Shown one piece after another: positions 45,140 through 55,767 of a stretch of DNA of 64,000 bases (positions within the stretch are counted from its first letter, which is position 1; each line of letters opens with the position of its first letter). The stretch comes from Bacteroidales bacterium. GTDB lineage: Bacteria > Bacteroidota > Bacteroidia > Bacteroidales > G3-4614. The translations under genes were made by a program, and so were the position numbers. A model generated the notes under the pieces. It was not told the DNA's origin, made no database searches, and saw only the letters and a list, made by a program, of their open reading frames with translations. Location of the stretch: contig JAGBHI010000003.1 of NCBI GenBank assembly GCA_017935575.1, positions 5,869 through 69,868 on the forward strand. Reading direction: 5' to 3'.

Positions 45140-45175
45140 ATTCCCTTTTTAATCTGTTTATCTATTTCTATTTGT

Positions 45176-46804
<1,629 letters not shown>

Positions 46805-46822
46805 TTATTTTTAATCAACTCA

Positions 46823-46830
46823 CAAAGGTA
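46823..46830 (-). promoter_or_regulatory. Putative -7 promoter box (TACCTTTG on minus strand) for pyrG
   Basis: The plus strand reads CAAAGGTA, 37 nt upstream of ATG 46786. Confidence 0.4.
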
Positions 46831-46944
46831 GAAAAATATTTGCATTCTAAGTATATAAATTCGTTAAAGATGTACCATTTTTTTTCTTTTTTTTATTACT
46901 GTTATTTTTTTATCATATTATGTGATTTTTAAATAATAAATAAC

Positions 46945-46952
46945 TAATTTTG
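46945..46952 (+). promoter_or_regulatory. Putative -7 promoter box (TAATTTTG)
   Basis: Exact TAnnTTTG, 74 nt upstream of ATG 47026. Confidence 0.3.
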
Positions 46953-47025
46953 CAATAATTTGTGGATAGTAACCCCAATTGTTTTTATTAATTTATTTGA
47001 ATAGTTAATTTCAGTTTTTTTATTT

Positions 47026-48534
47026 ATGAAAATACTTTTACTTCTTTCACTATTTTTCATTGGGACTAATGCTCAAGGAGAAAACAATGTAAATCCTGAT
47101 AGCTTAGTTGCAACTACAGCAAATGTTATTGACTCTGTTGCCATTAACATTATTGATTCTGTTACAACAGAAATAAACGAGGGAATTGCCGTTATTTCTG
47201 ACTCTTTATCAACTATTGCAGCTCCAATAGACAGTTTGAATACAAATAAAGAGGAGATAAAATCAGATGTCATAAAATATTTGGAGAAACTTGCTATCTT
47301 TAAAGGAGATTCTACTGTAAACGATTCTCTAAAGGCTATCATATACTCCTCAATTACCGAGTATATAATGGATATAAAGGATAGTTCTGAGAATCCGGTA
47401 AGCCCTGCAAATCCAAATTTCTTATCGTTAGTGTTTAACGAAAAGGATATTAATACAAACATTGATATCCCCAAGAGCGAATATTACGACTCTGAAACAG
47501 CAACTCTATCATTAGACAATTCTGTTGTTAAAAATTTTGAGCAAAGTGAGAGTGATAAAATTATAAAAGAGGCACAACAAAGCGTAGTAGCTAATAATCC
47601 TGAAAATGTAAAATACACAAGCGCAACAATGCCAGAAGTTCCTAAAAATGAAAAGATAGAACGTTCAGGTAAAAAAGAGTTGGTTAAAGTAAATACCCCC
47701 ACTCTTATCGCAACCAATATTGAAACCGAGACTCCTCCCGTAACAAAATTATGGAAACATAGTTTTAATAGCTCTATTCAAGTATCTGAAGCATATGTCT
47801 CAAAAAACTGGTATCAAGGAGGCGAAAGTAACTTTAACTTAATCAGCGACCAATTGTATAATGTAGAATACGACCATAATAATATCTTATTTACAACAGG
47901 TTTTCAATGGAAATTAGGTATAAGCACAACACCCTCTGACGAATATCACAAGATAAGCATAAACGATGACCTTTTCCAGATCAATTCAAAACTTGGTATA
48001 AAAGCGGTAAAAGATTGGTACTATACCGTTTCGGTTCTTCTTAAAACACAGTTATTTAGTAGTTATGCCTCAAATAGCGAAACTAAAACTTCTGCTTTCT
48101 TCTCTCCCGGAGAACTTAATCTCGGAGTCGGTATGAGTTATAACAAAAAAATACCTGAAAGAAAGTTTGAAACATCTGTAATGTTTGCACCACTTTCTTA
48201 TAACTTAAAGTTCTCTTTGGATAAAGAGTTGGCAGCAAAGGCAGGTATTAAAGATGATAAATTATTTGAAAATCAAGTCGGTTCTTCTTTTGAGGGAACA
48301 TTCAAATGGGAATTCTATCCAAACTTGACTTGGACTTCAAGATTATTCTACTTTACCGATTATAAATCAGTATTAGCAGATCTTGAAACCGGATTGAATT
48401 TTATATTCAACAGGTTCTTCTCAACAAAAATATATCTTCACGCAAGATATGATGATAGCGTTGACAAGAACAAACATCACAATCACTTGCAATTCAAAGA
48501 GATGCTAAGCTTTGGATTTAACTACAAGTTTTAA
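47026..48534 (+). CDS. DUF3078-like outer-membrane protein
   Basis: 502 aa with a signal peptide and a low-complexity N-terminal half. The C-terminal half carries the DUF3078-type motif (QVSEAYVSKNWYQGGESNFNL) and ends in an aromatic residue (FGFNYKF). Confidence 0.6.
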   Translation: MKILLLLSLFFIGTNAQGENNVNPDSLVATTANVIDSVAINIIDSVTTEINEGIAVISDSLSTIAAPIDSLNTNKEEIKSDVIKYLEKLAIFKGDSTVNDSLKAIIYSSITEYIMDIKDSSENPVSPANPNFLSLVFNEKDINTNIDIPKSEYYDSETATLSLDNSVVKNFEQSESDKIIKEAQQSVVANNPENVKYTSATMPEVPKNEKIERSGKKELVKVNTPTLIATNIETETPPVTKLWKHSFNSSIQVSEAYVSKNWYQGGESNFNLISDQLYNVEYDHNNILFTTGFQWKLGISTTPSDEYHKISINDDLFQINSKLGIKAVKDWYYTVSVLLKTQLFSSYASNSETKTSAFFSPGELNLGVGMSYNKKIPERKFETSVMFAPLSYNLKFSLDKELAAKAGIKDDKLFENQVGSSFEGTFKWEFYPNLTWTSRLFYFTDYKSVLADLETGLNFIFNRFFSTKIYLHARYDDSVDKNKHHNHLQFKEMLSFGFNYKF

Positions 48535-48543
48535 TAAATCAAG

Positions 48544-49101
48544 ATGAAGATTTCTCAATATATAAGAGGTAAAGCAAAATATATTTTTTTCATTATTATT
48601 TTGCTACCTCTTAATATTGTGGCTCAATGTCCTGAGATATGGGACAGAGCAGATTCTGTTGATTTAAACAGTGCGTATAATCTCTTTCGGAATAACGATA
48701 TTAACTCTATTGAAGGTATATGGGAAAACCGCAATGGAGTTATTTTTATGATTGAACATTGCCCTCAAAACGAGTGCATGGCAGATTACCGTATGGTTAT
48801 GCTCGTTGACAAAGTTTATTATAGTGATGTGCATATAAAAGTACCTGCCGGGAATGTTATTGGAACTATAAGCAAAACTGCCAATAAAAACATTTTCAGT
48901 TGCAAATACCGTCGTAAAAGCAATGACCCCTTTACATATTACCACATTACTTTAACTAAAGGCAAACTATCTCTTGTCTCTGGTTCAAATCTTTCGCGAA
49001 GACTTTTTGCCGTAAAAATTTATCCAACTGAAAAAAGTACTGAAAAGACGCGTAAAAAATCTCCTTTTGAGAATGGTTCTATTGATAGAGAGCAACACTA
49101 A
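48544..49101 (+). CDS. Hypothetical secreted protein
   Basis: 185 aa with an N-terminal signal/anchor (IFFIIILLPLNIVAQC). No motif recognised. Confidence 0.5.
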   Translation: MKISQYIRGKAKYIFFIIILLPLNIVAQCPEIWDRADSVDLNSAYNLFRNNDINSIEGIWENRNGVIFMIEHCPQNECMADYRMVMLVDKVYYSDVHIKVPAGNVIGTISKTANKNIFSCKYRRKSNDPFTYYHITLTKGKLSLVSGSNLSRRLFAVKIYPTEKSTEKTRKKSPFENGSIDREQH

Positions 49102-49116
49102 AAGATAGATACGAGT

Positions 49117-51471
49117 ATGAAACTTAAAAGAAAATCTTTTTTCAAATCATTGTTTACAGTTATATCAGATATAAGATTTTCTCTTATAGGTCTTATTATA
49201 TATGCATTGGCTATAGCAACTGCTACTTTTATTGAAAATTCCTACGGAACTGAAATTGCCTTTAAAGCTGTTTACAACAACATCGCTTTTTATCTGCTAC
49301 TATTATTCTTAATTTTAGGTTTTATTTCAAATGCAAAAAAGAGAAATTTAAGAAATAGAAAAAGATATGGTGCAATATTTATACACTCAGCATTTATAAT
49401 AATTTTACTTGGCGCCCTTACAACAAATATTTTAAGTTCTGAAGGAACTATGCATTTGAGAGAGGGTGATACTTCTTCAGATATAACAATTGATGACAGC
49501 AAAATCATTTCACGCCCCTACTCCATTACCTTAAAAGATTTTGCTGTTGAATACTATGAAGGAGGGGAATTCCCTTCGGCATATAAATGTTTTGTTGAAA
49601 TTAAAGATGGTAAAAAACAATACGACGCTGTTATAGAGTTAAATAGTGTATTAAATATAGATGGAGATAGAATATATCAAAAATCTTTTGATACAGACAA
49701 AAAAGGTGTAACCCTATTGATAAATAGTGATTTTGCAGGAACAACTGTTACATACATAGGATATATAGTGCTTTTAATTGGATTTATTTTATCTCTATTT
49801 GGCAAAGAGAGTAGAATAAAAGATATTCTAAAAGATATTTCCAAGAATAGTAAAGTTATTATTATTGTATTTATATTCTCATCAGTAACTCAAACAACTA
49901 ACGCATTTAATATTGATAATAATATTCTTATCCCTTATGAAGATGCTAAAAAATGGGAACAGATATCGGTTTTAAGCAACAGTGGTATGGTTGAGCCTTT
50001 AGAGTGTCATGCACGAACTGTTCTAAGAAAATTGACAAAATCTAATGGCAAAGATGCTGACGAATGGGGAGCAAGGGTTTATATGAGTATAATTGCATAT
50101 CCTGAAAAATGGAGCAATACACCTTTTATATATTGTAAGAATAAAAATGTTTGCAATGCTTTGAATATTCCTTTTTCTAAATTTATTGCTTTCAATGATT
50201 TATTTGATTCATTCGGGAATTACAAACTATCCTCTTTAAAAGCTACCGGAGAAACAGGAAAGGAACTAAAAAAATTAGACGAAAGGGCTCACATATTTGC
50301 TGCCATTGCTAATGGCTCGTTACTTAAAATTTTTCCGATAAAAAATGGCAATTGGGGAACACCGATAAAAAATGGATATACAGATAGTGATTCTGTTTTT
50401 GCAAAAACAATTTTTCCCCAATATATCGCATTTTTAACAAGCAATAACTCCAAAAGATTGGAATTGATTGACCATATAGCCTCATTCCAACGATTTAAAC
50501 ACCCGGAAGGTATTCCCTCTTCAACAAAAATTAATCTTGCAATTTTTTATAGCAGAGCTCCCATATTTAAGATTGCCGCTTTTGGTTACATTATATTAGG
50601 CATTATTCTAACTTTCTTATCAATCAAATATTTGGGAAATAAATCTTTTATACAACAGATAAAGATAGGTGCTATAGTTGGTGCTATTTTTGCAATTTTT
50701 CTTCTTCATACAGGAGGAATTATATTGAGATGGTATATCTCAGAACAACCACCATGGAGTAACACTTACGAAACTATGTTATTTATTGCGTGGAGCATGA
50801 TTTTAGGCGGAATGTTCTTTATCAAACGGAACTCTATCGTCTGCGGGTTATCTGCTGTTATGGCTGCAGTAACCCTGTTTATATCAACTCTTAATTGGTT
50901 AGACCCGGTTATAACTCCGCTTATGCCGGTTTTAAATTCTCCATGGCTAATATTCCACGTTACAATTATAACTGCAGGTTATGGATTTTTAGGAATTTGT
51001 GCCATTATCGGATTATCCTCTTTAATAATATCATTAAAACAGAATAGCGCCAAAGATGTGGCTCACCTATCTTTGATTAATGAACTATTTATGTATCTTG
51101 GTCTAATTCTTATTACAATTGGCACATTCTTAGGAGCTGTATGGGCAAACCAATCATGGAGCAGATATTGGGGCTGGGACGCTAAAGAGAGTTGGGCTTT
51201 AGTTACTATTTTAGTATATACAATTATTACGCATACCAGATTAATACATAGATGGAGAAATGATATCATCTTTTCTGCCCTATCAGTTTATGCACTTCTT
51301 TCAATATTGATGACCTATTTTGGAGTAAACTATTATTTAAGCGGGCTACACTCTTATGGTAATAGCGACAATGCCCCTGCCGTTGGTTATGTTGCCATTG
51401 GTTATGGAGTAATAAGCTTGGTATCAATAATTGCATGGATACGTAACAGGAAAGGGTTAAAACAGATGTAA
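49117..51471 (+). CDS. ccsBA: Fused system II cytochrome c biogenesis protein (ResB/CcsB-like N-terminus + CcsA C-terminus)
   Basis: 784 aa. ResB-like start (IRFSLIGLIIYALAIATATFIENSYGT). The C-terminal CcsA core has the Trp-rich haem-handling motif (WANQSWSRYWGWDAKESWALV). Confidence 0.8.
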   Translation: MKLKRKSFFKSLFTVISDIRFSLIGLIIYALAIATATFIENSYGTEIAFKAVYNNIAFYLLLLFLILGFISNAKKRNLRNRKRYGAIFIHSAFIIILLGALTTNILSSEGTMHLREGDTSSDITIDDSKIISRPYSITLKDFAVEYYEGGEFPSAYKCFVEIKDGKKQYDAVIELNSVLNIDGDRIYQKSFDTDKKGVTLLINSDFAGTTVTYIGYIVLLIGFILSLFGKESRIKDILKDISKNSKVIIIVFIFSSVTQTTNAFNIDNNILIPYEDAKKWEQISVLSNSGMVEPLECHARTVLRKLTKSNGKDADEWGARVYMSIIAYPEKWSNTPFIYCKNKNVCNALNIPFSKFIAFNDLFDSFGNYKLSSLKATGETGKELKKLDERAHIFAAIANGSLLKIFPIKNGNWGTPIKNGYTDSDSVFAKTIFPQYIAFLTSNNSKRLELIDHIASFQRFKHPEGIPSSTKINLAIFYSRAPIFKIAAFGYIILGIILTFLSIKYLGNKSFIQQIKIGAIVGAIFAIFLLHTGGIILRWYISEQPPWSNTYETMLFIAWSMILGGMFFIKRNSIVCGLSAVMAAVTLFISTLNWLDPVITPLMPVLNSPWLIFHVTIITAGYGFLGICAIIGLSSLIISLKQNSAKDVAHLSLINELFMYLGLILITIGTFLGAVWANQSWSRYWGWDAKESWALVTILVYTIITHTRLIHRWRNDIIFSALSVYALLSILMTYFGVNYYLSGLHSYGNSDNAPAVGYVAIGYGVISLVSIIAWIRNRKGLKQM

Positions 51472-52098
51472 TTTTAATCCAAATGATAAACGTAAATAAT
51501 CTCGGGGACGTAAATAGCTATTGTCAATTCGGCTAATCAAAAGGATATCACTTGTACTCAATTCATAATATAGCGATATTGATTTTGCCAAATAACGTTG
51601 TTCTTTTGAGAAGAGAAATGTTATACGTTGTCCCATAAAAATATGCATACGTATTTTGCTCGGTAGCTGATAATATCCTTTAGGATATTTATGTGGTTGA
51701 CGAGACCAAAATTCACTTCCGAATATAGTATTAAAATATCCGCCACACGAGAATGGTTCTATTGAGAAAATTGGCGTTAATTGAACACTCCAGGGTATAT
51801 AATTTTGTTTCAGCGTAAACGTTGCTTTTGCTTTATCAGTTGAATACTTTGGAAGAAAGCCAAAGAATATATCTGTTTCTCCTTGATTTCTCTTTCCGTA
51901 GTCCCAACCTGTTCCGAATGAAAGCAAACCCATACCTCCTCCATACTGTATTTTAGTGTACGACGGAATAAGTTTAGCCCATGCCTTTTTATAATTATTT
52001 ATACGTTTATCGTATTTACATTCAGAATGTAAATTCATAGATATTAATATAAATAGTAGCGATATAATTACTTTAATACATAATAATCTCTTTTTCAT
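51457..52098 (-). CDS. Hypothetical outer-membrane beta-barrel protein
   Basis: Signal peptide (MKKRLLCIKVIISLLFILISMNLHS), alternating beta-strand pattern and a C-terminal LKLHLF. Start placed at the third Met of ORF 51457..52110. Confidence 0.5.
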   Translation of the reverse strand: MKKRLLCIKVIISLLFILISMNLHSECKYDKRINNYKKAWAKLIPSYTKIQYGGGMGLLSFGTGWDYGKRNQGETDIFFGFLPKYSTDKAKATFTLKQNYIPWSVQLTPIFSIEPFSCGGYFNTIFGSEFWSRQPHKYPKGYYQLPSKIRMHIFMGQRITFLFSKEQRYLAKSISLYYELSTSDILLISRIDNSYLRPRDYLRLSFGLKLHLF

Positions 52099-52888
52099 AG
52101 CCATCTGCATTTAAAGTAAATATATAGTAACCTCGTTTTTTTAAACATGTACATTGGTAATAGACTATTCCATCATTGAAGATATCACTTTCCAAAAAAG
52201 AATGACCATGTCCATTTAAACAGAACAAAAGATTTGGAAATCTTGAAATATATGAATGAAAAGATTTTGATAGGTTTTTGACCAGCTGTTCGCTATTAGG
52301 AGCAGCATGCATAGCTACTATAGTCCTTTTATGTGAAGGGTTTTTTACAGATAATAATTCTTCAATGTATATAAAATCTGGGACTCGCTCTGAATAATCA
52401 AACTCTAACGAATTTGTATTAAGCATTACAAAACGAGTATCTCCTGCCATAAAAGAGAAATTTAACTCTCCGAATATCTCTTTAAAAACATATTCTCCAT
52501 TTCCTAAACAATCATGATTTCCGATAACACATAAATAAGGGTATCTTAATTTCTGGAGTATATCGCGTTGCATAGCGAACTCATGAGTTGCACCATAATC
52601 AGTAAGATCTCCTAAATGCAATACGAAATCAATATCTCCGCGAGAATTAATATCATTTACACAATCTTCAAGCTGATTATACCACCCTTGCGAATCACTT
52701 ATAACTGCAAATTTTATAACTTCCTTATTTCGACAGTTATTCTCTATTTGATATAGATTTGTTGTATTAATTGATTTTTCCCCTCTTATTTTACCAGCAT
52801 ATTCATGAGGTTCAAACAATTCGCAACCATTGAATAAAATAAGGGATAACAGAAGAAATATTTTGCACCTTATATTCATAACTTTCAT
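52073..52888 (-). CDS. Metallophosphoesterase lipoprotein (calcineurin-like)
   Basis: Lipobox LFNGC. Phosphoesterase motifs are present (AVISDSQ, HLGDLTDYG, GNHD, MHAAP, GHGH). Confidence 0.8.
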   Translation of the reverse strand: MKVMNIRCKIFLLLSLILFNGCELFEPHEYAGKIRGEKSINTTNLYQIENNCRNKEVIKFAVISDSQGWYNQLEDCVNDINSRGDIDFVLHLGDLTDYGATHEFAMQRDILQKLRYPYLCVIGNHDCLGNGEYVFKEIFGELNFSFMAGDTRFVMLNTNSLEFDYSERVPDFIYIEELLSVKNPSHKRTIVAMHAAPNSEQLVKNLSKSFHSYISRFPNLLFCLNGHGHSFLESDIFNDGIVYYQCTCLKKRGYYIFTLNADGYEKEIIMY

Positions 52889-52964
52889 AGGCGCAAAATT
52901 ATAAATTTCAAAGAGTGAAACAGAGTCCGTTTATTCGGTATAAATGTTTAAAAAGAGAAAACTA

Positions 52965-53675
52965 TTATTGCGTAAGATTATTAAGAGAGAGTATCTCCAT
53001 AAACTTATCTTTATAGGTGTCTGAGATTGGTATATACTCTTTTCCAAATACAATACGGTTGCGTTCTACAAGATTTACATTATCAAGATTTACAATATAT
53101 GAACGATGCACTCTCATAAAGTTATTTTTTGACAACATCTCCTCGGCATGCTTCATTGTCATTAATGATACTATAGGAGATTGATTTGCCATATATATTT
53201 TTACATAATCTTTAAGACCTTCAATATATAGTATATCTTTTATTGATACCCTTTTATACTTTGACTCAGATTTTATAAATATTGTATCCCCTTGAAGCAT
53301 CTTTTGAGAAAGTTCTTCCGGTTCCTCTCTTCGGAATTTGTTTGCAGCACTTATAAAATTTGAATATGAAATTGGTTTTAGCAAATAGTCAAGGGCATTG
53401 AGTCTGTAACTCTCTACGGCATATTGCGTATAGGCTGTCGTAAAAATTACTTTCACACTCCTTGGAATAAGTTTACACAACTCAACCCCATTCATCTCAG
53501 GCATCTCTATATCAAGAAAAAGTAAATCAATCTCTTTCTCCGCAATATCCTGCATTGCTTTTATTGAGCTTGTTGTTGAGCCTACCAACTCCATGTTTGG
53601 AGTTTTAGCCACATAACTTTCCAAAAGTTTTACTGCTAATGGCTCGTCATCTACGATATAACTCTTTATTAACAT
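52965..53675 (-). CDS. LytR/AlgR family response regulator (receiver + LytTR DNA-binding domain)
   Basis: Receiver Asp in LLFLDIEMPEMNG. C-terminal LytTR pattern (ILYIEGLKDYVKIY...FMRVHRSYIVNL). Confidence 0.9.
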   Translation of the reverse strand: MLIKSYIVDDEPLAVKLLESYVAKTPNMELVGSTTSSIKAMQDIAEKEIDLLFLDIEMPEMNGVELCKLIPRSVKVIFTTAYTQYAVESYRLNALDYLLKPISYSNFISAANKFRREEPEELSQKMLQGDTIFIKSESKYKRVSIKDILYIEGLKDYVKIYMANQSPIVSLMTMKHAEEMLSKNNFMRVHRSYIVNLDNVNLVERNRIVFGKEYIPISDTYKDKFMEILSLNNLTQ

Positions 53676-54865
53676 ATTTCGCTCTCCTCTCTTTTAATAG
53701 GGACTACAAGTTTTGCCAAATATTTCTCTTCGTCATGTTTAAGTTCAAAAGAATATTCTCCGTTATATACTATATCCAAACTCTTTCTCAGATTATCAAT
53801 ACCTACTCCTGTTGTATTTTGAGCAACATCATTTCTACGATAATAGCTGTTTTCAACCAAACATGTTACGTTATTATCATCTATCTCTATTTTTATATAT
53901 ATGAATGATCTTTTTGAAGGACTTATTCCGTGCTTAAAAGCATTTTCGACTAATACAACAAATATAAGCGGAGCTACATATATAGTATCAAACTTTTTAG
54001 GCAAAGAGACTTGTAAATCTAAATCCTCCGGCACACGCAAACTCATTAACGATATATAATCTTCTATCAATTTTATGGAATTTTGAAGAGGTACAAATTT
54101 TATTGTTTGATACTTAAACATTACATCTCTCATTATTCCACTTAACTGCATTATTGCCGTTTGTGCTTTTTGTGGTGATATATCAACAAGCGCATATATG
54201 TTATTAAGGGTATTAAATATAAAGTGAGGAGAGAACTGTTTCCTTAAATTTTTTAATTCTGCCTCATCATAGTTATGTTGCAATTTATCAATTTTTTTAC
54301 CTCTACTACGAGCAACTGTTATTGTTTTTGTTCCCAAAGCCATTCCCACCATAAGAATCAATGGCAATACTTTGCTCAAAATAAACATTTTATTAATAAA
54401 AGGTCTTTTGTGATGGTGTGGTGAAGGTGGAGGCAACAATGGCTTTAAGATATCAAAAGGTTCTGTTAATGAATATTTTTCCGGACCTCCAGGTAATGGG
54501 CAATACAACTCTTCAATATATACTGTAGGCGGAACATCTCTTCTTGCATGTTTAATATGTTTCTCACTAAATATCATAATTCCTAATAGAATTGATATTA
54601 GTAATACATTATTAAGTATATATTTTAAGATATTCTTTTTTTTACCAATCAAGTTTCTTGTTACAAAAACTCTATAATTCAAGATAAATACTATCAATAA
54701 GGACCACAAGTATATTAAGAAATCAATATCATGACCCACTTTAGCATTATCACTTTCAAATAAGAAGAATAACAAAGGCATAGAGAATGCCAATATCCAT
54801 AAAACTACCTCTGATAATTTAGAGTTTAATATCTTAGTAATTATTTTATGTGTTTTCAATTTCAA
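53669..54865 (-). CDS. LytS-type sensor histidine kinase (His_kinase + HATPase_c)
   Basis: TTG start and a multi-TM N-terminus. FSPHFIFNTLNNI phospho-acceptor box and VENAFKHGI N-box. Overlaps the regulator gene by 7 nt. Confidence 0.85.
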   Translation of the reverse strand: MKLKTHKIITKILNSKLSEVVLWILAFSMPLLFFLFESDNAKVGHDIDFLIYLWSLLIVFILNYRVFVTRNLIGKKKNILKYILNNVLLISILLGIMIFSEKHIKHARRDVPPTVYIEELYCPLPGGPEKYSLTEPFDILKPLLPPPSPHHHKRPFINKMFILSKVLPLILMVGMALGTKTITVARSRGKKIDKLQHNYDEAELKNLRKQFSPHFIFNTLNNIYALVDISPQKAQTAIMQLSGIMRDVMFKYQTIKFVPLQNSIKLIEDYISLMSLRVPEDLDLQVSLPKKFDTIYVAPLIFVVLVENAFKHGISPSKRSFIYIKIEIDDNNVTCLVENSYYRRNDVAQNTTGVGIDNLRKSLDIVYNGEYSFELKHDEEKYLAKLVVPIKREESEIC

Positions 54866-55223
54866 AAAAGATTTTGTGTGTGTTTTCTCTGTTATAATAC
54901 AAACATCGCTATGATGTTGAGTGCAAATATAATGGTTTTACACGATTTTTCACACATAACAATCTGTTTTTATTACAATTATATTTATGTAGATTGACTA
55001 AAATTTGTAGTTTATAAGAAACTGTTTAAAATTTTATTAAATAATTATTTATAGTTTCAAGAGAGAATATTTCGGATTCTTAAAGGTTCTTTTGGATATC
55101 TTTTTCGTCAAACCGCTTGGAAATAGCCCGCTATTACCTACGCAATTTGTTAAAAAATTTACTCCAAAATAACTCTTAAAATAATCTTGAAATAAAATTT
55201 AAACAACTTCTAAAAATTTTTTT

Positions 55224-55231
55224 TACTTTTG
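55224..55231 (+). promoter_or_regulatory. Putative -7 promoter box (TACTTTTG) for the metal-efflux operon
   Basis: Exact TAnnTTTG, 46 nt upstream of ATG 55277. The ORF-track TTG start at 55229 is part of this box. Confidence 0.4.
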
Positions 55232-55276
55232 CACTACTCGCAATCAAATATCTTATTTACGACATTTATTAGTAAT

Positions 55277-55681
55277 ATGAGGCATTTATGTTATATTATA
55301 TGTATGTTAGTGGCAACTTTATCGTTAGCTGCTTCTAACATCATACCTCATCACCATCATAATGGTTTTGTCGTATTTTCGTATTGTGAAGCAAACCACG
55401 AGAATGATGATTGCGACAATCACAATAACTGTTGCAATTCAAATAATGAAGAAGAGTGTAAAAGTTGCCCTCTTTCAATAAAAAATTTATCTATTCTTAA
55501 AACCGATCAAAATGAGTTAGACAACAATATCTTTTCTGTCTATGCCGTTTTTGATTGCGATGAATATGATAATAGTTTTGAGATTTACGAAAAGAAAATC
55601 AAATATTTCTCTTTTAATGACACATACACGTCATCTTTTGTCTTTTCGTCTCTATCGTTAAGAGCTCCTCCCATTATTTAA
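55277..55681 (+). CDS. Cys/His-rich small membrane-anchored protein (putative metal-binding, unknown family)
   Basis: 134 aa from ATG 55277. N-terminal hydrophobic segment, then IIPHHHHNG and a cluster C-x10-C-x6-CC-x9-C-x2-C (SYCEANHENDDCDNHNNCCNSNNEEECKSCP). Confidence 0.55.
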   Translation: MRHLCYIICMLVATLSLAASNIIPHHHHNGFVVFSYCEANHENDDCDNHNNCCNSNNEEECKSCPLSIKNLSILKTDQNELDNNIFSVYAVFDCDEYDNSFEIYEKKIKYFSFNDTYTSSFVFSSLSLRAPPII

Positions 55682-55767
55682 AAGATTATTATCTTTTAAA
55701 CTTCATTGATTAATTCTTGTTTATTAACGTTCGTATCAGTTACTACTGATACATAATATTATTATAT

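Noticed and set aside
51457-51471. 15-nt overlap of the convergent 3' ends of ccsBA and the OMP gene as a possible antisense regulatory arrangement
   Set aside because: Short convergent overlaps are common in compact genomes, and no hairpin or other signal is present.
54866-55223. Long (~360-bp) spacer upstream of the metal-efflux operon, inspected for a metal-responsive riboswitch or structured RNA
   Set aside because: I saw no extended complementary arms or conserved-looking GC-rich helices. Only A/T-rich sequence and promoter-like boxes for the two divergent operons are present, so I cannot support an RNA element by eye.
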